Assembly: GCA_052389695.1 (NCBI GenBank)
Contig: JBQTHQ010000076.1
Span: forward strand, 15,728 to 79,727
Source: Bacteroidota bacterium
GTDB lineage: Bacteria; Bacteroidota; Bacteroidia; 2-12-FULL-35-15
Direction: 5' to 3'
Length of the DNA: 64,000 nucleotides
The translations under genes were made by a program, and so were the position numbers. Each line of letters starts with the position of its first letter. Within the stretch, counting starts at the first letter, position 1. Of the stretch, positions 20,188 to 28,855 are shown one piece after another. The notes beneath the pieces are model-generated. The model made no database searches and was not told where the DNA came from. It saw nothing but the letters and a program-made list of their open reading frames with translations.

Positions 20188-21122
20188 TATTCCATTATCT
20201 TTTTTATTTCTTCAGATAAAAGTTGGGAGAAATAAGCTGCGCCATTTTTATTCAAATGCTCGGCATCAAAATAGTGGTTAGCATCCTTTAATTTTTTAGA
20301 AAAATCCATAATCGTCACGTTCTCAGATACACAGGCCGTTATTTGCTCATAAAACCCAAAGGTTGGATCAGTGTATTTGGGAGGGAAGCACAACATCAAT
20401 TTTATGCCATTCGCTTTACACTTGTTTTGAATACTAATAAGTGATTGTTTATATTCTTCATTTATTTTTAATGTGGAGACGTTCAATTTTTTTTTCACAA
20501 ATACTGGTACAGGATCGTTTGGCTTATTCACTATAAGGGTTGCGCCATATTTATTGATATTGTTCATACGATAATCAGCCTTTTCCTGGCCAAACAATAA
20601 ATATTTTATAGAATTAGAAAAGTTTACATTCTCCCTGTATGTGTTTGAAAGCGCTACCGCTATTTTGTTCTTTTTTAGCTGTGTGCAAATTCTGTCATTA
20701 ACAAATGAATGATCAACATAAGGATATAACTCGTCTAACCTGTAAATAGCTTCCTTCGTATTATATAAGGATCCATAATCATCAATGTTATAAATAATTA
20801 ATTTAGGCCTTTTAGGATTCAATAAAATCAAATCAAGGACTGTTTCGTGAAACAGTGTGTTAGTTCCGCTTATTCCTAAATTATAACAGCTCTGCCCGGT
20901 ATGTGCCATAATTATTTCAGGTGAATAATCATTATTCGCACGCGATGATCCGAGTATTATAATTTCTGCATCGATCTTGTTCTGAAGCAGCATCTCGATC
21001 CTTTTGTCGCACTTTTGTTTTTTTGCCAGCACTGATAAAGTCTTCCCAATAATAAAATCTCCCGCAACAAGCACCATAACAAACAAAAAAGGCAGAATAT
21101 TTTTTTTAGTTAACATAATCAA
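20187..21122 (-). CDS. DltD/SGNH-like hydrolase-fold protein (partner of MBOAT copy 2)
   Basis: N-terminal TM anchor, IILGSS putative catalytic Ser block, C-terminal D-A-E-H (DxxH); 4-bp overlap with MBOAT gene. Confidence 0.55.
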   Translation of the reverse strand: MIMLTKKNILPFLFVMVLVAGDFIIGKTLSVLAKKQKCDKRIEMLLQNKIDAEIIILGSSRANNDYSPEIIMAHTGQSCYNLGISGTNTLFHETVLDLILLNPKRPKLIIYNIDDYGSLYNTKEAIYRLDELYPYVDHSFVNDRICTQLKKNKIAVALSNTYRENVNFSNSIKYLLFGQEKADYRMNNINKYGATLIVNKPNDPVPVFVKKKLNVSTLKINEEYKQSLISIQNKCKANGIKLMLCFPPKYTDPTFGFYEQITACVSENVTIMDFSKKLKDANHYFDAEHLNKNGAAYFSQLLSEEIKKIME

Positions 21123-22603
21123 AATTGAAAATATACAAATGGGGTTTCTTGCACATTAGACATTAGTAAAACAGAAAAAATTACAAACAGGTAAAGCGAA
21201 TACTTTTTCGGTTGCGACAGCTCGCTCATATACAGATCCAATGATTTGTGCCTCAATCTCCACTCAAACACTTCTAATGATATTAAAAATAGTACTACCA
21301 GCATAAACGAAATAAAATCCTTGCCCAGATAAAATAAATCCTGCCTTTCAAAATTATTATTGCTTATTATTTTTATAACTGAATCCGAAAATCCCGCAAA
21401 TAATTTATGGATAAACAGGCCGGCTTCGGCAACAGATTTAGAACAAAAAAAGATAGAGCTAAATGAAAAGACATGGAAAGTGGCAATAATTTGAATTGCA
21501 TGCCGGAACTTTGGAACCTTTGCTAATCCTATTGCGTCTCCCAGAATTTTACGTATGTGCTCAGTTGCCTTTGAATAAATAAAAGTAAGTCCATGATATG
21601 CTCCCCAAACAATATAGGTCCAATTGGCGCCATGCCAGAATCCGCTGATCATAAACATGATAAATAAATTAAAATACATTCTCATTTTTGACACCCTGTT
21701 TCCTCCAAGGGGTATGTATAGATAATCCCGGAACCATTGCATTAATGAAACATGCCATCTTGCCCATAATTTGGTAAGCGAATTAGCGAAAAAGGGAAGA
21801 TTAAAATTTTCCATTAATTCAATGCCTAAAATTTTAGCGGAGCCTCGTGCAATATTGGAATACCCTGAAAAATCGCAGTATACCTGAACTATAAACAGCA
21901 ATGAGGCAAAATAAATTGAGAACCCTTCCGCTTTCTCCACATCATTAAATACATTTCTAACCATTACATTCAACTGGTCGGCAATGACTATTTTTTTGAA
22001 TAAGCCAAGAAGAATGTGGTGTAGCCCGTTCAATACATTTGTCCATTGAAATGCATGTTTAATTTTAAACTGAGGAAGTAGAGCTTGCGCCCGTTCAATA
22101 GGGCCGGCAACCAGTTGCGGAAAAAACATTACATACAATGAGTAAATCCCAAAATGGCGTTCCGCTTTTTGTTGTCCCCTATACACATCTATAGTATAGC
22201 TCATAGCTTGAAAGGTATGGAAAGACAATCCGATTGGCAGCAGGATAGATAAGTAAGGTATTTTGATAGTAGTAATATTTAAGCTCTGAAGTAACGCGTC
22301 TATATTTTCAATAAAGAAATTATAGTACTTGAAAACGCACAACACACCAATGTTCGCGATTAAACTCAATATCAGAAAATTTTTTTTCTTCCTTTTTGTA
22401 GTTGCATTTTCTATAATGATCCCCGCAAAATAATCAATGACAATGGTAAATGCGAGGATTAAAATATAAACAGGGACAAAAGCCATGTAAAAATAACAGC
22501 TTGCCAATAACAACCAGAGCCACCGATATTTAAGGGATAGTAAATAATAAATTAATGTAACTACCGGTAAAAAAACTAAATATTGTATTGAATTAAAAAT
22601 CAT
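21119..22603 (-). CDS. MBOAT family O-acyltransferase (AlgI/DltB-like) copy 2
   Basis: WARWHVSLMQWFRDYLYIPLGGNR, FWHG; C-terminal TPFVYFQF. Confidence 0.85.
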   Translation of the reverse strand: MIFNSIQYLVFLPVVTLIYYLLSLKYRWLWLLLASCYFYMAFVPVYILILAFTIVIDYFAGIIIENATTKRKKKNFLILSLIANIGVLCVFKYYNFFIENIDALLQSLNITTIKIPYLSILLPIGLSFHTFQAMSYTIDVYRGQQKAERHFGIYSLYVMFFPQLVAGPIERAQALLPQFKIKHAFQWTNVLNGLHHILLGLFKKIVIADQLNVMVRNVFNDVEKAEGFSIYFASLLFIVQVYCDFSGYSNIARGSAKILGIELMENFNLPFFANSLTKLWARWHVSLMQWFRDYLYIPLGGNRVSKMRMYFNLFIMFMISGFWHGANWTYIVWGAYHGLTFIYSKATEHIRKILGDAIGLAKVPKFRHAIQIIATFHVFSFSSIFFCSKSVAEAGLFIHKLFAGFSDSVIKIISNNNFERQDLFYLGKDFISFMLVVLFLISLEVFEWRLRHKSLDLYMSELSQPKKYSLYLFVIFSVLLMSNVQETPFVYFQF

Positions 22604-22625
22604 ACTTTTTTTATCACAGTGTGTG

Positions 22626-23798
22626 TTATGCCCTCACTATGAGTCGGGTTAATGTAAGTAAGACCAATAAAATTGAAAAGCTATTAAAAAAAATACCTGT
22701 TTGTTTTTTATTCACAATTAAAATAAGAAAACCGATCATGTTCCATAAACTAAAAATCCGGACAAAGCCCCAGTCATCAACATATATGGTCAATGTAATA
22801 CACAATGCAAACATAAACCAGATTATATAAGCCAGGCTCAATATGTTCTCGTTGCTTAGCTTTAAAAAATTTTTGAACGGCATCGCCTTATATACCAATA
22901 CAACTAAGAAAATATTCCAAATAAGATAGCCAACCCAAAATAAAAATTCAAGGATATGTTTAGTATTGGAAAAATTCAGGTTATAAAAAAATCCATCAAT
23001 TATCCCGATAAAGGGCAACCCCATTTTTTGATACCCGTCGGCAAATTCAAGTTTCGGCATATTTAAATAAATGATCAGCTTCCATATTGAAAATACTACA
23101 AAAGGAGTAGCTAAATAAAAAAAACGAAGTGCATTAAGGCCTGTACGGAAATTTCTGTAAGCAAGGCATACAAAGACAGGGAACAAAACAATCAGCGATG
23201 TATCGCGCGACAACAAAGTAAAAGTAGCAAACAGCGATAGCTTCAGGTAATCGGATCTAAAAATATAATACACTGTCCCGACGAAAAAAAACAATTCAAC
23301 AACCTCGGAAAGATCGCGTGCAAAAGACATGTAAATACCGCAAAGAAATAATGGCAAATATCCCTGAGCAGGATTCCCATTTACAAGGGAAATGAATTTA
23401 CCGGTATAAACTACTATTCCAAGAAATGCGGCTATGTTAACGAGCACCAGCATAATAGGGATCAAACCCGGATATCCTCCAAATGAAAACAGCCACGCTA
23501 ATAATGGATAAGCAATGCGTTGCATTCTGTAAGAAGGGTGATCTACGGTTACGCCATGATCTGTTTTTTTAAAATTCAACGGGCCGAGCGCATACCGGTA
23601 AAAAAACTGGCCGTCATAACCGGGCCCATGCTGTATGATAATCGGACCGGCTGTTTTAGAAGAATCCACAAAATCACTTCCGGCAACAATAAAACCGGAA
23701 AAATCGAAATTGTTTTTTACTAATCGTCCAAAGGTAAGAATGGTTATAATGAAAAACGCGGCAAGTAAAATTCGTTTTTGAGACAGTATATAATCCAT
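22626..23798 (-). CDS. polytopic membrane protein of unknown function (possible glycan polymerase/GT-C-like)
   Basis: ~10 hydrophobic helices, periplasmic-loop-like segment HGPGYDGQFFYRYALGPLN; embedded between MBOAT modules. Confidence 0.45.
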   Translation of the reverse strand: MDYILSQKRILLAAFFIITILTFGRLVKNNFDFSGFIVAGSDFVDSSKTAGPIIIQHGPGYDGQFFYRYALGPLNFKKTDHGVTVDHPSYRMQRIAYPLLAWLFSFGGYPGLIPIMLVLVNIAAFLGIVVYTGKFISLVNGNPAQGYLPLFLCGIYMSFARDLSEVVELFFFVGTVYYIFRSDYLKLSLFATFTLLSRDTSLIVLFPVFVCLAYRNFRTGLNALRFFYLATPFVVFSIWKLIIYLNMPKLEFADGYQKMGLPFIGIIDGFFYNLNFSNTKHILEFLFWVGYLIWNIFLVVLVYKAMPFKNFLKLSNENILSLAYIIWFMFALCITLTIYVDDWGFVRIFSLWNMIGFLILIVNKKQTGIFFNSFSILLVLLTLTRLIVRA

Positions 23799-23957
23799 AC
23801 ATTCTGGTTGGTAAACAAATATACATATATTTGAAAGATGGCCTTCTACCCTATTAAGAGATGGTTATAATAAATCCAACAGGCTTGAAAAGAGAACAAG
23901 AAAATAATATATCTTTAGTTTTATAAATTGTAATGTAACGCCCCTTCGAAATTTTCT

Positions 23958-25421
23958 ATGATTTTCAATTCCGTCTCTTACGCTATTTTTCTCCTGGTAG
24001 TATTTGTTCTTTATTGGACGGTATTCAAAAAAAGTATAAAAACACAAAATATATTATTACTTATTTCCAGCTATGTCTTTTATGCCTGGTGGGATTACCG
24101 TTTTGTATTGTTAATAATTTTCAGCTCTGTTGTTGATTACAATGCCGCTATTTTTATTGATAAAACGGAGGATAAAAGAAAAAGAAAACTCTTTTTACTG
24201 ATCAGTATATTTATAAACCTTGGACTACTTTGTTTCTTTAAATATTTTAATTTTTTAATTGATACTACCAATTATATACTTAACGGTATCGGTTCTCCTA
24301 CCCACTATTCATTCAAAGATCTTATTTTGCCGATAGGGATAAGCTTTTATACCTTCCAGGCTTTAAGCTATACCATAGATGTTTACAGAGGGAAACTAAA
24401 AGCTACAAGAGATCCGTTGGCTTATTTTGTTTTTGTTTCTTTCTTCCCACAAATAGCAGCAGGGCCTATTGAGCGAGCTGTAAATTTATTACCACAATTT
24501 ATTCGGGAACGAACATTTGATCTCCAACAATCAAAAGAAGGCTTAAGACTAATTTTATGGGGAGTATTTAAAAAAGTTGCTGTAGCGGATCTTTTAGCTA
24601 CCTATGTCGATATTGTATACCAGTCGCCCGGAAGCTATTCAGGTTTCTCCACTTTCCTTGGTGCTGTGTTTTTTGCTGTCCAGGTATATTGTGATTTTTC
24701 AGGCTATTCCGATATGGCCATAGGAAGCGCCAGGCTGCTCGGGATCAACCTTAGCAGAAACTTTAATACTCCGTTCTTTTCAAAATCAATGACAGAGCTT
24801 TGGCAAAGATGGCACATCACTTTAAATTCATGGTTCCGCGATTATGTTTACATTCCTTTAGGAGGCAGCAAAAATGGCAATTTTAATCGCTATAAAAATG
24901 TGCTGATCGTTTTTCTCATCAGTGGATTATGGCATGGCGCCTCTTGGAAATATATTGTTTGGGGAGGCCTCACCGGAACCGTTGTGATCTTTGAATTAAT
25001 GGCAAAGGAATATGCTGTATTCACATTTTGGAACAACACACCAAAGATAATCAGGGCATTAAAGACCTTTTCACTTTTTGTTTTTTCATTGATATTTTTC
25101 AGGGCTGCCACTTTTAATGATGGACTGATTTCTTTACGACAACTTACTTTGAACTGGGGCAGCCAGTTCTCATCATGGATTAATTTCAAGGCAGAGATCT
25201 GCCATTTATTTCTCGATGTCAGAGAATTTATTGTTGTAATGCTTACTCTTGTTGTATTTATATTGCTGGATTATGCCTGGAGAAAAGAAGGACCGGAAAA
25301 CGAAATACAAAAATATCCGCAAAGGCTGAAATGGGCGGTTTATTATGCGCTTATAATATGGCTATGCCTTTTGGGTGAAATCAATGATTATAATAACACT
25401 TTTGTTTATTTTCAATTTTAA
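23958..25421 (+). CDS. MBOAT family O-acyltransferase (AlgI/DltB-like) copy 3
   Basis: WQRWHITLNSWFRDYVYIPLGGSK, LWHG; C-terminal NNTFVYFQF. Confidence 0.85.
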   Translation: MIFNSVSYAIFLLVVFVLYWTVFKKSIKTQNILLLISSYVFYAWWDYRFVLLIIFSSVVDYNAAIFIDKTEDKRKRKLFLLISIFINLGLLCFFKYFNFLIDTTNYILNGIGSPTHYSFKDLILPIGISFYTFQALSYTIDVYRGKLKATRDPLAYFVFVSFFPQIAAGPIERAVNLLPQFIRERTFDLQQSKEGLRLILWGVFKKVAVADLLATYVDIVYQSPGSYSGFSTFLGAVFFAVQVYCDFSGYSDMAIGSARLLGINLSRNFNTPFFSKSMTELWQRWHITLNSWFRDYVYIPLGGSKNGNFNRYKNVLIVFLISGLWHGASWKYIVWGGLTGTVVIFELMAKEYAVFTFWNNTPKIIRALKTFSLFVFSLIFFRAATFNDGLISLRQLTLNWGSQFSSWINFKAEICHLFLDVREFIVVMLTLVVFILLDYAWRKEGPENEIQKYPQRLKWAVYYALIIWLCLLGEINDYNNTFVYFQF

Positions 25422-25426
25422 AATAC

Positions 25427-26431
25427 ATGAAGAGTTTTCTTTATCGCAGTTTGTTATTCGTTCTTCCAATCTTAGCGGCCGCTTTTCTTTTATTTACTAT
25501 TCCCTACAGCCGGAAATTTGCTTATTTGAGTAAAAGCAACGAAGACTGCAATACATCATGGATCTATCACCGCCTGTTTGAAAATCCCGCCAATATTGAT
25601 ATTGCATTTATAGGATCATCACACACGGGTTGCGGGATAGATGATGTGCTGATCGAAAAAAATATAACAGCCAACTATGGTAAACAGGTAAACGTAGCCA
25701 ATATCGCATATTGTGGAGGAGGAAGAAACCTGGACTACATTGTATTGAAGGACCTGCTTAAAGAAAAAACACCTAAAACAATAATCATTGAACTGAAAAA
25801 TAATAATGACCTTATCCACAAAGACTATGGTATAATGGCAAGTGGATATGACCTCTGGATCCCTCCCGCGTTTCCATCAAACTATTTCCCAACGCTATAT
25901 ACAGGAATAAAATCCAGGTTAAATAATTTAAGGGAAAATCTCGTTTTCGGATCCATCATGGAGATCGATGTTAAAAGGGATGCCAATGGCATGGTTGTCA
26001 TGAAGGAAGAATACCAACACAAAATTCCTCACAAAAAAAAGAAAAAAATAATTTTTACGATCAACGAGAAAGCTAACCATAGCTTCTTTGGGGTGTTCAA
26101 AGATTCCATTTCAGAAGCAAAAATAGAAGAGCATCTCCGGAAAAAACAAAAGATCAGGTATGATGATATTGAATGCGTTCGTGAGATGGTGGCCATTGCA
26201 AAAGAGAAAAAAGTAAAGGTTTTCTTTTTATACATCCCCTCCTTCAGAAATTATTTTTATGAGCAGCTGTCCATTTCCGAATACTCCAAAATGGGGACTA
26301 TTTTATTTCCTCCGCAGGAGTTGTTCAATAAAAAAGGATGGTGGCTTGACCAGGAGCATTTTAACATCGCAGGAGCAAGTGCATTTTCAGAATGGGTAAG
26401 CAGCCAATACAAACAATTATTGAATGAATAA
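25427..26431 (+). CDS. DltD/SGNH-like hydrolase-fold protein (partner of MBOAT copy 3)
   Basis: TM anchor, AFIGSSHTGCGIDD Ser block, C-terminal DQEHFN (DxxH); 5-bp gap after MBOAT. Confidence 0.55.
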   Translation: MKSFLYRSLLFVLPILAAAFLLFTIPYSRKFAYLSKSNEDCNTSWIYHRLFENPANIDIAFIGSSHTGCGIDDVLIEKNITANYGKQVNVANIAYCGGGRNLDYIVLKDLLKEKTPKTIIIELKNNNDLIHKDYGIMASGYDLWIPPAFPSNYFPTLYTGIKSRLNNLRENLVFGSIMEIDVKRDANGMVVMKEEYQHKIPHKKKKKIIFTINEKANHSFFGVFKDSISEAKIEEHLRKKQKIRYDDIECVREMVAIAKEKKVKVFFLYIPSFRNYFYEQLSISEYSKMGTILFPPQELFNKKGWWLDQEHFNIAGASAFSEWVSSQYKQLLNE

Positions 26432-27908
26432 ATGGATATTATATTCCGCTATTATTACATTCTGCTGTGCCGGAGTTTTTTTGAAATTTAATACACACCA
26501 GGAAAATATCCCTACAGGTTGTGATGAATTTGGTTACATGAACCTGGCCAAAGCATTTGATAAAAAAATTGCATTTCAGGATCATGCTCAAAGGCCTTAT
26601 TTAACAGAACTGCTGGACACTCTTCGCCACTCCTCTATAACAGAGAACGAAATAGAATGGATGGTTGTTCCGCATGCTTATTATGTGATACCCGGTTCGG
26701 ATAAAATTATTAATCAATACCCTCCTGGAACCTCTTATTTATTAAGCTTGTTTTCTTTGCCTCTGAGAAAGCAGCTCTTCTCTGCCTTTGCGATCTTTTT
26801 ATTTATCTTGATTCCCTTGTTGATTATTCATGTGAAGAGAGATGTAAAATTCGGCTGGTTTGATCTTGCGCTGATCGCTTTTGTTTTGGTGATGACCCTT
26901 ACAGCACCATTTTTAACAGAGCTAACACGAATTAATTCCTTGGCCTTTACTTTCGGGTTACTGGTTGGGGCCGGAATTTTATTGGATAGCAGGCCTTTGT
27001 TAAGTTGTTTCCTGATAGTATTATCCGCTAATTTCAGGGTGGTGAATTTATTATTACTATTACCCTTGTGCACTTTTATTCCTTTTCAACAATTATTAAA
27101 AGAAGGAATATTTTCATTGTTCCGTGCTTGTTTAAAATACATTGCTGTTACAATAATTGCCATTGCGCCTTACTTACTATACACTTATTTTTTGCTTGGC
27201 AACCCTTTTACTCCTACCTATTCGGCAATCGACACGGCTGCAACAAAAAGCGGGCTGGATAATATTTCGTACTATTTTAATTTAAATCAGGGCTGGTTTA
27301 TTTTCCACCTGATGCTTATAGCAGCATTTTTTATACTTACTTATTTTAAAAAAATGCAATGGTCTTTATTTTTTAAACTGCTTCTTTTTCCGCTGGTCAA
27401 TTATTTATTTTTTATTTTTCATAAAGTACAGATCAATTATTATCCTTACGCTTCTTCACTTATTCTGCTGGGAATATTTTTTAATGAAATCAGAAAATTC
27501 ACTATTGCTGAAAAATACCGTAAACTAATCGTTGTTTTTTGTTCAATAATTTCGATTATTGTTTTCTGTGACGGGATACAGCGCTATATGGCCCGTGAAC
27601 ATAAAACATTCATAGAAAAGAAAAGCGAATACACCGGCTTATGTGCTTATGATGTGGTTTGGGGCGAACTGCTTTCCGGAACATCGGAATATGTTTGCGA
27701 CAATAATGGTTTCAAGTACGCAGCCACCAGCGCACGCGCAAGAATGAAAACAATGCGGTTTCTTCATAACAGAAAATACTCACAGGCAATTTTGTTAAAT
27801 GATAATTTGGTTGAAAAGCCCATTGTTATTGAAGAAGTTAAATCATCGGGGCTTAAGTTCCATATAGTAACTGACGAATTTATTGGAGAAATTTTAGTTA
27901 TAGAATAG
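26424..27908 (+). CDS. polytopic membrane protein, GT-C-like (DE-x-x-Y motif after TM1)
   Basis: TM1 followed by GCDEFGYMNLAKAF, then >10 helices. Confidence 0.45.
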   Translation: MNKWILYSAIITFCCAGVFLKFNTHQENIPTGCDEFGYMNLAKAFDKKIAFQDHAQRPYLTELLDTLRHSSITENEIEWMVVPHAYYVIPGSDKIINQYPPGTSYLLSLFSLPLRKQLFSAFAIFLFILIPLLIIHVKRDVKFGWFDLALIAFVLVMTLTAPFLTELTRINSLAFTFGLLVGAGILLDSRPLLSCFLIVLSANFRVVNLLLLLPLCTFIPFQQLLKEGIFSLFRACLKYIAVTIIAIAPYLLYTYFLLGNPFTPTYSAIDTAATKSGLDNISYYFNLNQGWFIFHLMLIAAFFILTYFKKMQWSLFFKLLLFPLVNYLFFIFHKVQINYYPYASSLILLGIFFNEIRKFTIAEKYRKLIVVFCSIISIIVFCDGIQRYMAREHKTFIEKKSEYTGLCAYDVVWGELLSGTSEYVCDNNGFKYAATSARARMKTMRFLHNRKYSQAILLNDNLVEKPIVIEEVKSSGLKFHIVTDEFIGEILVIE

Positions 27909-27935
27909 TAATTTTATAGTATCAAACCCCTGGCA

Positions 27936-28676
27936 ATGAAATCACAAGAAGAAAGAGAAAAAATAGAAATTGAATTTTGGAGAGACAGCGAACACGATCG
28001 TCCTGAATCGGCTTCTATTGATAATATTGTGAATAAGATGGGTGATTGCGGTGTTTTTTTAATTGTAATTGAAAAATATAGGCCCCTCTTTAATGAAGCG
28101 AAAGAAATTTTAGAGCTTGGTGGTGGTCAGGGTTGGGCATCCTGCGCTTTAAAAAGCCGTTTCCCGCATTTGAAAATAACACTAACCGATATCAGCGAGT
28201 ATGCCATTCTTTCAAAGCATAAGTGGGAAAAAATTATGAATGTATCCCTGGAAAATGCATATCCGTGTAAGTCGTATGAAATACCGGAAGGTGATGCTAC
28301 ACAGGATATTATTTTTTGTTATGCTTCAGCACATCATTTTGCCGACATGGATAAAACAATGCGTGAAATAAACCGCGTTTTACGAAAAGGGGGCCATTGT
28401 TTTTTCTTCCACGAGCCAACAACTATTCAGCTGTTCTATAAATTTGCATATAAGCGGGTAAATAAAAAACGGCATGTTGTTCCCGAAGATGTGATCGTTC
28501 GCAGTAAATTGTTAAGGCTTGCAGAAGCAAACGGCTTTAATGCCGAAGTTCACTTAAATCCTATTACTATGAACCGTGGCCCTATTGAAACAATATATTA
28601 TTATGTACTTTCCAAAATTAAGATCTTGCAGCGCACATTGCCCTGCACCGCTAATTTTCATTTTCAGAAATTATAG
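27936..28676 (+). CDS. class I SAM-dependent methyltransferase
   Basis: Motif I ILELGGGQGWAS, post-I acidic LTDIS, motif III-like LRKGGHCFF. Confidence 0.75.
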   Translation: MKSQEEREKIEIEFWRDSEHDRPESASIDNIVNKMGDCGVFLIVIEKYRPLFNEAKEILELGGGQGWASCALKSRFPHLKITLTDISEYAILSKHKWEKIMNVSLENAYPCKSYEIPEGDATQDIIFCYASAHHFADMDKTMREINRVLRKGGHCFFFHEPTTIQLFYKFAYKRVNKKRHVVPEDVIVRSKLLRLAEANGFNAEVHLNPITMNRGPIETIYYYVLSKIKILQRTLPCTANFHFQKL

Positions 28677-28701
28677 CGTGCTGATATTTATTAAATAAAA
28701 A

Positions 28702-28726
28702 AGCGTCCTGCAAACTGCAGGACGCT
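28702..28726. terminator. bidirectional rho-independent-type hairpin (agcgtcctgca-aac-tgcaggacgct) between convergent genes
   Basis: 11-bp perfect stem preceded by AAAAA and followed by TTTAT. Confidence 0.55.
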
Positions 28727-28769
28727 TTATACCAATACTTAATATAAAATAGTCCATTTGTTTTGACCT

Positions 28770-28803
28770 CGCCCCCAGCCCCCTCTCCAAAGGAGAGGGG
28801 GCG
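28770..28803. repeat. REP-like palindromic element copy 1 (cgcccccagCCCCCTCTCCaaaGGAGAGGGGgcg)
   Basis: Perfect 9-bp arms around AAA; related copies at 31745-31770, 31808-31840, 38015-38054. Confidence 0.55.
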
Positions 28804-28855
28804 TTGGATTAATTCATATTTAGTATTGGTATTATTTTTGAAGAAGGCTCTTAAT

